From the NCBI GenBank assembly GCA_031835245.2, contig JAVKOQ020000103.1:1-64000 (forward strand): DNA of 64,000 nucleotides, written 5' to 3'. This document shows positions 35,858-48,220 of this stretch, in pieces (the stretch's first letter is position 1; each line of letters opens with the position of its first letter). The DNA comes from Balamuthia mandrillaris (lineage: Eukaryota). The notes beneath the pieces are model-generated. The model had not been told where the DNA came from. It saw only the letters and a program-made list of their open reading frames with translations, and searched no databases. A program made the translations under genes and the position numbers.

Positions 35858-35916
35858 CCTTGTGCCAAGCGGTTGGCTTTTGTGTGTGTTTGATTTTTTT
35901 TTTTTTGTTTGAGAAA

Positions 35917-36086
35917 GAACCGAGTCAACTCCAGGAATATGGAGAGACTCAGGCCACCCTTTTCAAGGGTGCAGACAGTGAACTGCATACATTTGCTCTG
36001 TTTTGTTTTTGTTTTAAAGGAACCGAGTCAACTCCAGGAATATGGAGAGACTCAGGCCACCCTTTTCAAGGATGTAGACTGTGAAC
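35917..36086. repeat. Direct repeat, 52 bp identical core (35917-35968 and 36020-36071), period 103 bp
   Basis: GAACCGAGTCAACTCCAGGAATATGGAGAGACTCAGGCCACCCTTTTCAAGG occurs twice, followed by about 15 bp of near-identity. Confidence 0.9.
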
Positions 36087-36461
36087 CAGTCAAACTTTGC
36101 GTAATCGTGGTTGTAAAGTGATTTTCAGGTTTGGAGGCCTTCCGACTCTTATAGTAGGGGAATCCTCTCCCCCCCACTTATGGGTTCTCGTTTCTTTTTA
36201 ACTGAAACGATCTTAAAAGGCAGAGAGAGAGGACAGGGAGAAGAGAGGAGAGATAAGTGAAACGCGGGGCAACAAAAGAGTGAAACATGTTTTCACTGCA
36301 AGCCCTTGGACTGTAAAGGGACAATCTACATTCTCCATTCTAAAAAAGCCACAGAAACAAACAAACAAAGAAAGAAAAACCAAAACCAAAACCATACACA
36401 TGTGAGAGGGCAACTATAGGCCACTGCTTGGCTTCATGCCACCGTATTGTTTATCTGCTTT

Positions 36462-38440
36462 TTACGAGTCTGAATCCTCATACTTGAGGGTGGAGAGCTT
36501 CTTTCCCTGTACTCTCGTAACCTTGCCGGACTTGGGCTGAGACTTTCCGCTGGCGGTGCTCTCCATGTTGTCCATGCTCCTGGCACTGCTGGAACTGCTT
36601 CCAGTGGTGCTGAAGGGAGAGCTGCTGCAGGTGAAGAGCTTCCACCAGACGAGGTAGATGCGACGGCTGGTGCCGAAGATGAGGAAGACGAAGATGCCTT
36701 GGCCTGCAAAGTTGAACGCTGCCAACACCCACAGCGGATAGTTGATCTGTTTTGTTTTGTTACGTTCACTGAAAGCACAGAGAAAGACAAGAGAGAGAGA
36801 GAGAGAGAGAGCAAAAGAAGACTTACTTCGCTGCTCAGATCACAATAGACAGCGTTGGCGGCAGGCACAGCAGGGAACCCCATCAAACGCACCCAAAAGT
36901 TCTCCGTGGCGGTCTTTCGGAAGAGGCACTGAATGTACTCCTCGTAATCCTCGTATTGGTCGTTACGTCTGTTCAAGAAGTCCAGTTGGAACGCAAACAA
37001 GAAGACGCAGACCCAAATATACAAGGCCAAGAAGGCGAAGATCCTCCACTGGCCCTTGATGAAGGTCCAGAAGCCCTTGATGCCAGTCTCTTGCCGAAGC
37101 TGGAAGATGATGACCACCAGGATGAGAATCACTCCAATGGCCACGCAAGCAATGACTGGCATCCAGAACAAGACAAAGTTCCACACATTGGCCGTCTCAC
37201 CTTCCGTCTCTACGCCGTCCCCTTTGCCGATGACGAATTTCAGGGCGTTGTCCTCATCCGAGGAGTGAATGGTGCACCACAAGTCCGATCCGTTGGCTCC
37301 CAGTCTGTGTGCTGCTAAGCTGATGATAAGGGGGATCAATGGGATAACCCAAGCAAAGATGTGGTAGCTGGCCATCAAGATGTTCCTGTTGGTGGTCCTC
37401 TTGTAGTCGATGCTGCGAGCGGCAAAGATCAGCATAAGGAAGATGTTCACGCAGATGACCAACCACCAGAAAACAGCTGCGATGAAGAAGTACACAACAA
37501 GGATGCCTTGCACCGTGCACGCGCCATCTCCAAAGTAGTTCGGGTCTTCCTCGTTCTCGCACAACATGTCGTGGGTTCCATCGGGCAGCACGCTGGCCAA
37601 ACAGAAAGCAAAGGAGAAGCACATAACGGAGATGAAGAAGAACATGGGCAGGTGGTTGGGGAACTTCCGCTTGGACGGGTCCAGCATATAGGTGATGACG
37701 AGGAAGGCCATCAGCACCAAACTGATCCAAGAGATGCCACTCATCATGTCCGTGATGGTGTCGAACTCATCGTTGTCCAGAAGAGGTTCCGGGCAGTTGA
37801 AGGCGCACGTGCCTCCTCCCGTTCGGTGCATGTTGTCAGGACAGTTGTATGGAGGAATGTCTGGCTCATGAAAGGAATTAGCTAAAGAACAAGAAGAAGA
37901 AGAAGAAGAAGAAGAAGAAGAAGAAGAAGAAGAAGAAGAAGAACAGGAACAGTACGTACAAGATATATCTCTAGAGTCGCCGTAACATGTGTCCTCAAAG
38001 ACCCAAGTGTCTCCGTTCGGAGACTCCACGTTCAGCAACACCTCTGGGCCATCTGGGAAGACCACCACATCCGTTGAGTTGAAGAAGAAGGGATTGGGAG
38101 GGTTGCAGGCAAAAAAATCATCCCTATCAGGGGGAGGTACTGAGCTTTCGCAGGGTTCAAAGTGAGCATAGCACATGTCGGAGCAGGGGTAGCTTCCCAC
38201 AACGGCTATCTCGTCAGGGGTTGGGTTCTCCGGGTCGGCGGCATTGGGGGAGACCACCTCTTGGCAGCGGCGGTAGAAGATGGGGCAGGTAAACCTGGCC
38301 GAGAACACGCGGCAGTTTTGGTTGGCAATGCTTACCAGCGTGCTGTTAAAAGTTTGTTTTCGTTTGTGTTATGTTCGGCGTTTTGTTATCCATTTTTTTT
38401 CAAGGATGTTAAAAGAAAGAAGGGAAACGTGACGAAACTC

Positions 38441-38511
<71 letters not shown>

Positions 38512-38808
38512 CAGAGACAGAGACAGAGAGCAGTACGCTTTCACGAAGAATCGCCATTCCTCCTGTGTCTTGCCTTTATATCTACCAGGAACTGTATAGA
38601 TCCAGTCGTAGGTCAAAAACTCGCCACACGCGGTATCTCCAAAGTCGGTATCGTTTTTATGTACACAAGTAGCATTGGGATGACTGGCGGTGATGAAAGC
38701 ATCGTACAATTCTCGAGTTTCGCCATTCGCCCCCGCTTTCGTAAAGAGAGTGAGAGTGTATAACGAGAGACCCAGAGACATTGGGACGACAGGATAGACA
38801 ATTTAAAA

Positions 38809-38852
<44 letters not shown>

Positions 38853-38928
38853 AGAATCGGATGAAAAAATACGAACCAACAAAGAGCACGGCGATCAACA
38901 AAACGAGAGACCAAGAAAACCTCTTCAT
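36462..38928 (-). CDS. Frizzled/Smoothened-like (class F) GPCR, copy A, 5 exons
   Basis: Signal peptide, Cys-rich ectodomain (CP.FY..C, YPC.D.C...C), CAFNCPEPL, RKFPN, CTVQG..VYFF..A..WWL, YHIFAW..P, WRIFAF, terminal exon INYPLWVLAAFNFAGQG. Confidence 0.9.
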
Positions 38929-39540
38929 CTCTTCACGAAGGAAAAAATAATACAGCCGAAATACAGAAAAGAAGAAGAACCAAAGCTGGTGGTAGCAGCT
39001 CTCCCTCTTGCTCGTGCTTCTCTCTGAGGGGGGCGAAGGGAACCAGACAGAACCACCCCCCTTCAACAAGCAGCAAGCCCAGCCAACCGTCGGGGAAATA
39101 AGTGTGTCTGAAGTCGAATAAAAAAAAAATAGAAATAGATTTTTAAAGTCGTTGCAGAGCCACTTAACCCAAAAATGGAAATTACCGTTAAATTATTCCC
39201 AAAAAATGGAAAATAACTTACCAAATTTGGTGAAACGACGATTCGCCAAAGATCGGATTGTAACTTGGGAGAAAAGGCGCGTGAGCTGCTCTGCTTATCT
39301 CCCTCCCTAGAGCATCTGTTGCTCTGAGTTTCGGGCGGGAGGAAAGAAGATAAGCTGACGTCAATACCTACAACGGTTTTTTTTTATTTTTGTTAGGCTA
39401 CAAGTTCAACAAAAATACAACACAACAGCAAATCGATGAAAGACAAAAGACGACGTTGACTTTTTCTTTCTCTCTTCTCTTATCCTTCTCCTTCTTCGTT
39501 ATGACGAGAACAAGGTCTACTTACAGTGCATCATGTTTTT

Positions 39541-42500
39541 TCAGCTGGCTGCTTGTGTGAGGTAACGTTCCAAACGTGACTCTGTAAGCATGAGTTCCAT
39601 GGGGGCTTGTCCTCTCTCCAAGGCGTAGACCACATCCTTGAAGAGGAGCCGCAAGGCAGCAAAGGTGGGACGTTTCTCCGGAAGTTCCAGCCAACAGCTT
39701 TGCAGCACGAGGGCCAACCATGGAGCACAATTCTCTGGGAGCGGGAGTCTCTTGCCGCGGAGAACGGCGATGGCGGCGGTTTGCGGGGCTAATCCTGGGA
39801 AGGGATCCTCTCCCATCATCAGAATCTCCCATAGCATCACCCCAAAGCTGTTTTGTTTATAATGTTGAAATTCGTGTGAAGAAAGAAAGAAACGACAAGA
39901 AAGCAAGAAAGAAAGAAACGGCAGGGCATGAAAGAAAAGACAAGAGAGAAAGCAAGAAATGACAAGCAAGAACAAGAATTAAAAAAAACAAAACATTTCA
40001 TACCTCCATACATCGCTACCTTGCTCGAACACGTTTCGTTCGCTATCGATGAATTCAGGGGGCATCCACTTGTATGGCCCGTAGGCCACCGTTGGCACGT
40101 ACACCTCCATGTGACGCGAAAGCCCAAAGTCGCTTATCACTGGATGAAGCACCCCGAAGCTATCTTTTTTTAACTGTATGGGAGTCAATGAGAGGCAACA
40201 GAGCAATACATTCGCCAAGCGCAAAATCATAGAAGAACGTATAGAGAATACATAAAGAGGAAGAGTAAAGAAAGAAAGAGAAAGGTCGGAAAAAACTACA
40301 AAGAGACGAGAGAGAGAGAGAGAGAGGAAAGAAAAATTACCAAAATATTTCGACATGCGAGATCACGATGCAAGAACCCTTCCGAGTGCAGATGACTCAT
40401 GCCGGCGCTTATCTCCATTGCAAGCCTTGCTACGAACAAGTCGTCCAGAGATAAGATGTTCTCCTCCTGCTTCAACCTTCTGAGATAGGAGAGAAGATTT
40501 CCCAACGGAAGAAACTCCATTACCAGACATGCGTTGTCTGCTTCAGCACAAAAGCCTAAAAACTGAAGAATGAAACTGTGAGGTCGTAGCTCTCTGTTTT
40601 TTGTAATCTAGATGTTAAAAGAAGTTGAAAGCAAAGCAACAGAAGCAGAATGACAAAGAAAAGGTAAAGTACTTCATGATGGCAGCTTCTTGTCGGAATT
40701 GCGAGATTTGTCGTTCATCCAACGGACGGCTGGCATCTCCCACTCGCTTGACGGCCACCTCACATCCTCTCCACATTCCTTTGTACACTTTGCCAAAGTT
40801 ACCGGTACCTTTGTGGTTTTGTTAATTACAAACCATTTGTTGCTTACAAGCAGAGAACGAGAGAAGAGAGAACGGATAAAGCCTGTAGGAACGGAGCCCT
40901 CTTACCAATAACTTCAAGCAACTCTAACTCTGCTGATTTGACCTCCCAAAAGCTGCTTCTTGCGCTTTCCGCCAACTGGTCCAGTCTATCCCTAAGAGAC
41001 CGATTGACCGCTTTTAGCTTGGTCGTTTGCGCTTTGTACTTTTCCAAACTTTCCTGCAACTGTTCTATTTCCAGCTTTAACAAGTCCTTAACTTGGTCTT
41101 CTTCCATCATGAATGGCGGAGATAGGGGACGAGATGAAGTTTTGTTTCCAACGATCGTGAGTTCTGTTGCGGAGTTGTTTTTTTGCGTTTGGTTCGGGCT
41201 TGACAACGAATAACTGTTGTCTCTGTCGTTTATATTTTGATCTGCATTGAAAACGAAAAACTGAGAACAAGAATATAACAAAAAACACAAACGACGACGG
41301 GAGCTATGAACCAACCAAGAGAAGGAGCATGTGAAGAGCCAGGAACTCGAACCGCAACTTGAGCGAGCCGCTTCATAATCTTTGGAGAGTCTCGCAGCCG
41401 TTGTGATCCCAACACAGGAGGCAAGTCCCTCAACGGAGGTCTTGATGAAGAAGAAGAAGAAGAAGGAGAGGGAGAAGAAGAAGCACGAGCTGCATTGGTG
41501 ATATCGGTCATGCTTGTGGAATGTCTCTTTATGTTTAGAGTTGAAGCATCACCAAGAGGTTGTGCTCCATCAGATAGGTGTAAGCCTGGAATAGAAACAG
41601 GAGAAGGAAGAAGCGGATAAGAAAGCGATGTTGAAGTTTGAGACGGCGAAGAAGTACAGCCTGCAGCAGCGAAGGAAACGGATCGAGGTTTCGTGCGAAC
41701 TGCGTGCTCGGAGGAGGAAATGGTGGCAGTTGCTTGTGGAGGATAGCTTGCGGGCACAGGATCGTTTTCTCCTATCAAACCTCCCATTGTTCTTTGTCGA
41801 CGTGCAGAGGCTATTTGATATTGCTGTTGTTGATTAGTAGCAACTTGTCTTGCGGAAGAAAACGAAGAAGAAGGAGAAGGAATAGGTTTTGATGGACTTG
41901 ACGGATGACGATGTTGTTCTGTTTCAATTCCGAAAGGAGGCGATGTGGCAATTACTGCTTCAGTTTCGCTAAACTCAGCAGAGGGAGGAGACAGGTCGGA
42001 GTGAAGTTCGTCTTCTTCCTCACCTCGTTGTCCTTCTTCATCTTCGTTTGCGTTGCTTCCCAAAACACTTCTTAGCAGTTGTTCTTCCAATCTTTTCTTG
42101 GAGCGCTCGAGCTGTTCCAAACGTTTCCTTAGCTCTTTCCCTTCTCTTCTTCGTCTGTCTCTTTCCTCTTCCTCTCGTTGTGAGCGTTGCTCCAATTTCC
42201 GTTCGAGAGATTGCCTCCTCCTATCCCACTCCTTCTTCCTCTTTCGTAAACTTCGATTCTTCTCTTCCAGTTCTTTGTTCTTTTTGAGGATTTGTCGAAC
42301 GATTTCCGGAGTCAATATCTCTCCTTCAATCCCAGGGGTTAGTGAGAGTTGGCTTAACTCTGGAAGATTTCCCGTCGACGCTCCTTTCTTTTGCTTAAAG
42401 TTTGAAGTACGATTAGCTTTGCGTTTGTTGCGATGAATACTTAAGTCATCCATAACGCCTTCAAATGTTGGTACCCTGAACAAAGAGATGCAAAAAGCAA

Positions 42501-43344
42501 AGAGAACCGAAAATAAAAAGAGAAAAAAAGAAGGAGAGGAAAGAAGAGAAAAGGAAAAAGGAGGCGTGAACATAGAAAAGGGGAAAGGAAGGACGAGTTA
42601 GCACCAACAACAACAAAAACCTAAGCAACGTACTCTCTGCTCTTCTTTGGAGGGTTGCCTTCCACTTCTTCCATAAGCTTTCGGTAAGTTTTTCGCCTAA
42701 AGTATCGAGCCACCCATACAGGAGCATCCTCCACTCGCTTGTACGCTGCATAATGGAGACAAGTCCAACCATGTTTGTCTTGAATAGAGACATCACCATA
42801 AGCTTGTTCTACAAGCCACCGAAAAGTGTCTGCATGTCCCATCGAGGCTGCCCAGTGAAGACTCGTCCATCCTTCGCCATCCCTGTCTTCTACATCTGCA
42901 CGTTCATTGTCTACTAACCACTTGACTAAGTCAAGGTGACCCTGATTGTTTGTGTGTTTTGGTTTTGCAGCAGATGTTGATGAGAACAAGAGAAAGTAAC
43001 AAAGAGAGAGAAAGAGAGAGCAAAGCAGAAAGAGCAAGAAGGAGGAGCCAAGAAGACAAGAAAGAGGAGGAGAAAAGTACCGCAGCGCTGGCCAAGTGAA
43101 GAGGTGAAACTCCTTCGTTGTCTTTCTCCTTCAATTGATACTCCCCACCATTTGACAGAATCCAATGAAAGGCTTTAGTCTGTCCTGTAGCACAAGCGGC
43201 GTGTAGTGGTGTCAAGCCTCGTTTGTCTTTGACGTGGAGGCCTTTGCTTCCTCCCGCTCCACCTCCAGCTCCTTTGTTGTGATGATGGCAGCTAGCGGCA
43301 GCCTTCATGGCAGCCAAGTTTCCATCAGCAGCAGCTTGTATCAT
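39541..43344 (-). CDS. Ankyrin-repeat plus coiled-coil protein kinase with tyrosine-kinase-type motifs (multi-exon; start uncertain)
   Basis: GLTPLHAAC, GVSPLHLA and GWTSLHWAA ankyrin repeats. Kinase motifs G.GNFGKVYKG, VAVK, HRDLACRN, DFGLSR, GPYKWMPPE, SDVW|SFGV.LWE, CW...P..RPTF. Confidence 0.88.
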
Positions 43345-43949
43345 GGTTCTACTGACTTTTTTCTCTTGCGCTTTATCTTTACAATATACAATATTCACTG
43401 TGACGTGAAGGAAACGGAGGAGTTGAGCGATCGAGAGCCGGAGAGTAATTAATAAGTACGTACCGCACGCCTCGTTCTCCTCTTTCAGAAGCCTTTAAAT
43501 GGAGTTACTCATTCAGAAAATCTCCACCACAAAAGGATTTTTTATTGTTGTTTCCTTCTGAGTGTCACTCTACGTCACTTCTGCTGGACTAAGAGCAGTC
43601 AAATTGATAAAACATAACGTATAAACTTGCGTGAGAGAAGAAAGAGTACCTTTGCAAGGACACGACGTTTGCGTCCTTCGTTCGTTTTGCACGCCTTTCT
43701 TTTCTTTCAAGTTGTTGCTTTTTTTTTTTTGGCCTGACACCACCGCCGAGTTTCTTTTTACCTTTGGCGTTGTTCTACGAAAAGACGGGGGCTTTAATAT
43801 TACCTTCTTAAGTAAATCAGGGACAAAACAGCCAACAGGAATATTGCGTTCTAAACGCTCCATCGGGGGTTTAGTCTAAATAAGAAAAAAGAAAAGGGAA
43901 ACGGAAAGGTACGGTTTTATGCAAAGGACTATGCGGCTTGATAGTCAGT

Positions 43950-44298
43950 TTATTTGGTTACGAGAGGCATGTACCATTCTTCTGTCATCCCTGCTGTTCC
44001 ACGTGCGCTTTGGTTGAAGGGAGGTTTCAGAGTGCCGCGAAAGTTTTCGCGTACGATGGAATGAAAAGTTTGGATTTTGTCCTTTTTTTTTTTTTTTTTT
44101 TTTTGCTGTTTGTTAGTGTGGCGAAGAGAGAGAGAGAGAGAGAAAGAGAGGACAAAGAGCAGAAAAATAAACAGAAATAAGGGAGAAAAGGAGATGAACC
44201 ATCGGAGGATCTGAACGTTCACATAGAAAAGTAAACCACCTCATTCCGGCTGTTACATGTGTGATTTCGTCCTAATGTTTTTCAAATGAGAAAGAACG

Positions 44299-44343
<45 letters not shown>

Positions 44344-45598
44344 CCTGAAGAATGGATTCTAAGAGATCAGCACTGACAGCATCTCCGGAAGAACGGAATC
44401 GTGCAATCGTTTTCGGTGTGACGTCCAATCCTCTTGCCTCTTTATTTAAATTTCAGGAATATTACAATGAGTGAAAGGCAGAGAGGGAGAAGCGAGAAAG
44501 AGAGAGAGAGAGAGAAAGTAAGAGAACGGGATGTACCATGAACCATGTGTTCAATGCAAAGCCTTGCCATGATATTGTTGGCCGTCTGCGAAGCGCTTTC
44601 CCAGAGTCCATCCTGAAAACGAAAACAAAGAATGAAATTAATATTTCAAAAACTAACTCACAATACTAACGTACATGGGCTGGCAAAGCCCCATAGAACG
44701 AGTCCAGCTCCTTTAATCTTTGTTGCAACAGGCTATAATGCTTGGGTTCAATGGGTAAAGTGGTTAAGGCCCTGATTGACGAAGAAGAACAAGAACAAGT
44801 ACAAGAGGAACAAGAATAACAAGAACAAGAACTAACAATAATAACAAGGCAAAGGCGAAAGAAGGAGGGAAGAAACGAACCTTGGCTTCATCGGCAGCCA
44901 CCTTCACAAAGTCATCATAGAATTCTTTGGGCAGGTTCTCTTTGTGGAACCTGGCGATTATGTCCCATGATAAATCTATTGCCTGGGTTGAATCGTTTAA
45001 CCAAGCAACTTTGCAGAGAGCAGAGAGCAGAGAGCAGAGAGCATAGCGGGGAGAGCGGAGAGAGCAGAGCAGAGCAGAGCAGAACGAAGGGAACATGGAG
45101 AAGAGAGGAGGCGGAGAAAAGGAACCATGGACTCTATGTGAACCAAACTGTGCAGCATGGCCTGTCGGGACGCCAAGGTCCCCGCTTTTCCTCTGGCAGG
45201 CATCTTGTGCGGAGGCAAGATTTCCACGTGGTCCGGTCGAGCCGGTCGCTCAGGAGCCGTCGCGCTGCTTCCGATTTCTTTCACGCTGCAATCGATCAAA
45301 CAATCAACAAAACACAAAAAAAAAAAAAAAACAAAACAAAAACAAATAATGAGCAAACCTTTGGCTTTGCCACAAAGAGGCAGCGCGAAGGGTGAGCTGA
45401 GCCTTTTGGTCGGTGCTGGCCGTCCTCAAGATCTTTTCCGCCCAATCGGTGATGGTGGTTGGCTCGTGAACTTCTGCAGCTGGAACGGGAGATCAATTGA
45501 ATACCACACTCGGTCCAGAAAAGAAAGAGAAAAAACAAAAAGGTGAGGAATGAATAAGGAGCGAGAAGAAGCCAACCTGTTTGGGGTTGTGGTTGCAT
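43950..45598 (-). CDS. DUF455 family ferritin-like protein (multi-exon)
   Basis: PERPARP, LHSLVHIE..AIDLSWD..ARF, DEAKH, HDGLWE, EARGLD, DEITHV..G.RWF, LKPPFN..AR..AG. Confidence 0.85.
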
Positions 45599-45913
45599 CT
45601 TACGTATTCTTATCTTCTCTCCGCTTTCTCTGATCTATCTCTTGTCCACGCTCCTCTCCCGGCTCCCTAATTAATTATGCTATCTCCTGTCCTCTCCTCT
45701 ATCCAAGCTCGTATCCTCTCTCCTATCTCAATAAACCAATTGAACCCTCGTTCACTTCTCGTCAACTTGTGTAGTTTTTGTGCACCAATCTTATCTCAAT
45801 GTCGTCCTGATTCAAGCGAAATTTCGTTCCTTCGTCTTGGAATGCAATGGAATGTGCATGCTTGAGACGCTTTGCATTCAGGAGATACCAACAGATGAGA
45901 GAATGAAAAAAAA

Positions 45914-47146
45914 ATGGAAGAAAGAAAAAGAGAAAGAGAGGAAGCCAAGCCGAAGGACGGGGACGAACCCACCAAGTGCAGGCGCACGGACGCGCGCCAT
46001 GACACCGTGAAAGACGAGAGAAAGCGACGGCAGTGGGACAGCGAAGCCCATCGCCGCTTGTTCGCCAGCTGTTTTTCCTCCTGCTACGAGATCCTGCGCG
46101 ACAAGCCGGACCACGACCTCTGCGAAGAGGACTTTGGCTGGAGCTCCGACTCGGAGACGGTGGTGGAGCACTTTATGCAGTGCGGCTGCGGCGTGGCCAT
46201 GCGCTTGGACAAAACAAAGCTCTTCTCCGAGCTCCAAAGCGAGTTCCCGCTACGCTCCCTGAAGGAGCTCTGCGCCATTCAACTCATGACCGTCTTTCAG
46301 GACAAAGAAGAGGATGAAGAAGAGGAAAAACAACAGTTTACACGATGGCAGGAACGACTTCCCACGGACCTGACCGAGTACCTCCTCCAGAAAGGGGTGG
46401 TGCATGCTCACTACGACTGGCACTCTCTTTTGGAGGAACGATGTTTGGCGCAACGGCTGCAGTCCCTTCTCTCCGAGGTTCAAATGCCGAGCGAGAGTGA
46501 GGATGACTTTCAAGCTTTCCACTTGTCCCATGTGGATGGAGGGCGGGCATTGAAAGGAGAAGCCGGACAAGAGAACTTTTATATGGTGGACCCGGACAAA
46601 AATGAACCCGTTTCCGTGCAAGAGTTGGATGCAGCCATGAAGCATACGTTGCACCCAACGTTGCTGTCGAAGACAGGCCAGAAAGGAGCAGACGTGGCGT
46701 GGCTGGAGGAGCGATGGAGCAAGTACGATAGGAGGCCGGACCTGTTTGAGGACCTCACATCCGCTGAAGCCGAATTGGAACAACTGGAAAGAGAAGAACA
46801 AGAAACAGAAGAGGAGGAGGAGGAAGAAGAAGAAGAACAAGGAGAAGCAGGAGTTAAACCAACCACGAAAAAGGAGAACCGTCAAGAAGATACAACAGAT
46901 AAAGAAGCAGAAGAAACAGAAGAGAAAGAGAAGGAGGAGGAGAAAAAGAAAGAATGGAGTCCTCTTCATCGAGGTGTAAGGATGATGGTGGCTCTCATGC
47001 GAAAAGCCGGTTTAAAACGGTTGACGTGGATGGTGTTGTACAATGACAACATTCCGTATGCCAATCCTTATCCTGTCTATCTATTCGGGGTCTCTCCTCG
47101 CACCGGTAACTTGGTTGGCGTACAATCCACTGTGGTGTGGACATAG
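45914..47146 (+). CDS. Uncharacterised 410 aa intronless protein: BC/SOCS-box-like motif plus NuiA (nuclease A inhibitor)-like C-terminal domain
   Basis: SLKELCAIQL...LPTDLTEYLL, then L..LLSEVQMPSESEDDFQAF, and the C-terminus VYLFGVSPRTGNLVGVQSTVVWT*. The ORF is solid; the domain calls are by eye. Confidence 0.55.
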   Translation: MEERKREREEAKPKDGDEPTKCRRTDARHDTVKDERKRRQWDSEAHRRLFASCFSSCYEILRDKPDHDLCEEDFGWSSDSETVVEHFMQCGCGVAMRLDKTKLFSELQSEFPLRSLKELCAIQLMTVFQDKEEDEEEEKQQFTRWQERLPTDLTEYLLQKGVVHAHYDWHSLLEERCLAQRLQSLLSEVQMPSESEDDFQAFHLSHVDGGRALKGEAGQENFYMVDPDKNEPVSVQELDAAMKHTLHPTLLSKTGQKGADVAWLEERWSKYDRRPDLFEDLTSAEAELEQLEREEQETEEEEEEEEEEQGEAGVKPTTKKENRQEDTTDKEAEETEEKEKEEEKKKEWSPLHRGVRMMVALMRKAGLKRLTWMVLYNDNIPYANPYPVYLFGVSPRTGNLVGVQSTVVWT

Positions 47147-47666
47147 CTGACTTAATGAGAAACGACCCTTTGTTTGTATTCCAGAGCCTGCCAGCGGGGC
47201 TGTGGTGCGAAAGACTGTTTCACGCCCAAACGAGTGGATAAAGGCTTCACTGACGTGCCGAATCTTTTCATTATACTTGGTGGCAGTCACTCTTCTAGTT
47301 TTTTCTTTCTGTTGTTTCTCTCCACGTTCTTCCACAAGAGAAAGTGAAAGCGGTTTACCTTTGAGTTCATGTTTTAACATCACCTTCTTTTATTTCTTTT
47401 TCGTTCATCTCCTTCACGTTCGTTGTTTCTACTTTCTGTTCTCTCTTTCCCTATTGCTTTTTCATTCGCCTTTCTCTTTCACAAAGCCTCACCTCACTGC
47501 AAAATACATTTGTAGTTGGCTGATGAAGAACTGGTTGCAGGAGGCACGGAGCAGCTCACGTGCGCAAACTGCTTCAAGAGAGCAAGTTTAAGGGCGAGCG
47601 TGATGGTTTCGGTAACTCCTTCGTTCTGCCGTACACTTTAGTCTTCATGACACCATGGGAGATGAT

Positions 47667-48140
47667 CTCTCATCCTCTTCCTCTTCCTCTTCCTCTTCCT
47701 CTTCCTCTTCCTCTTCCTCTTCCTCTTCCTCTTCCTCTTCCTCTTCCTCTTCCTCTTCCTCTTCCTCTTCCTCTTCCTCTTCTCTTCCTCTTCCTCTTCC
47801 CTTCCTCTTCCTCTTCCTCTTCCTCTTCCTCTTCCTCTTCCTCTTCCTCTTCCTCTTCCTCTTCCTCTTCCTCTTCCTCTTCCTCTCTCTTCCTCTTCCT
47901 CTTGCTCTTCCTCTTCCTCTTCCTCTTCCTCTTCCTCTCTTCCTCTCTCCTCTTCCTCTTCCTCTTCCTCTTCCTCTTCCTCTTCCTCTTCCTCTTCCTC
48001 TTCCCTCTTCCTCTTCCTTCCTCTTCCTCTTCCTCTTCCTCTTCCTCTTCCTCTTCCTCTTCCTCTTCCTTTCCTCTTCCTCTTCCTCTTCCTCTTCCTC
48101 TTCCTCTTCCTCTTCCTCTTCCTCTTCCTCTCTCTCTTTC
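47667..48140. repeat. (CTCTTC)n microsatellite
   Basis: About 470 bp hexamer repeat with slippage variants. Confidence 0.95.
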
Positions 48141-48220
48141 CAAAGGGCAAGGTCTCTCTGTGCTGCCTTCGACTTTCTTCTCGTCTATCACCAGCTGTTT
48201 AAACCATTGTTGACGAACAG

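Noticed and set aside
35917..36086. CRISPR-like repeat-spacer
   Set aside because: There are only two 52-bp units, the context is eukaryotic and no cas genes are present.
36434..36461. ORF-track C-terminus of receptor copy A (624 aa)
   Set aside because: It arises from reading through the last intron. The spliced terminal exon INYPLWV... ends at 36462.
43570..43863. 97-aa ORF as an upstream exon of the kinase
   Set aside because: I could not find a convincing in-frame splice path to the ankyrin exon, and it has no recognisable motif.
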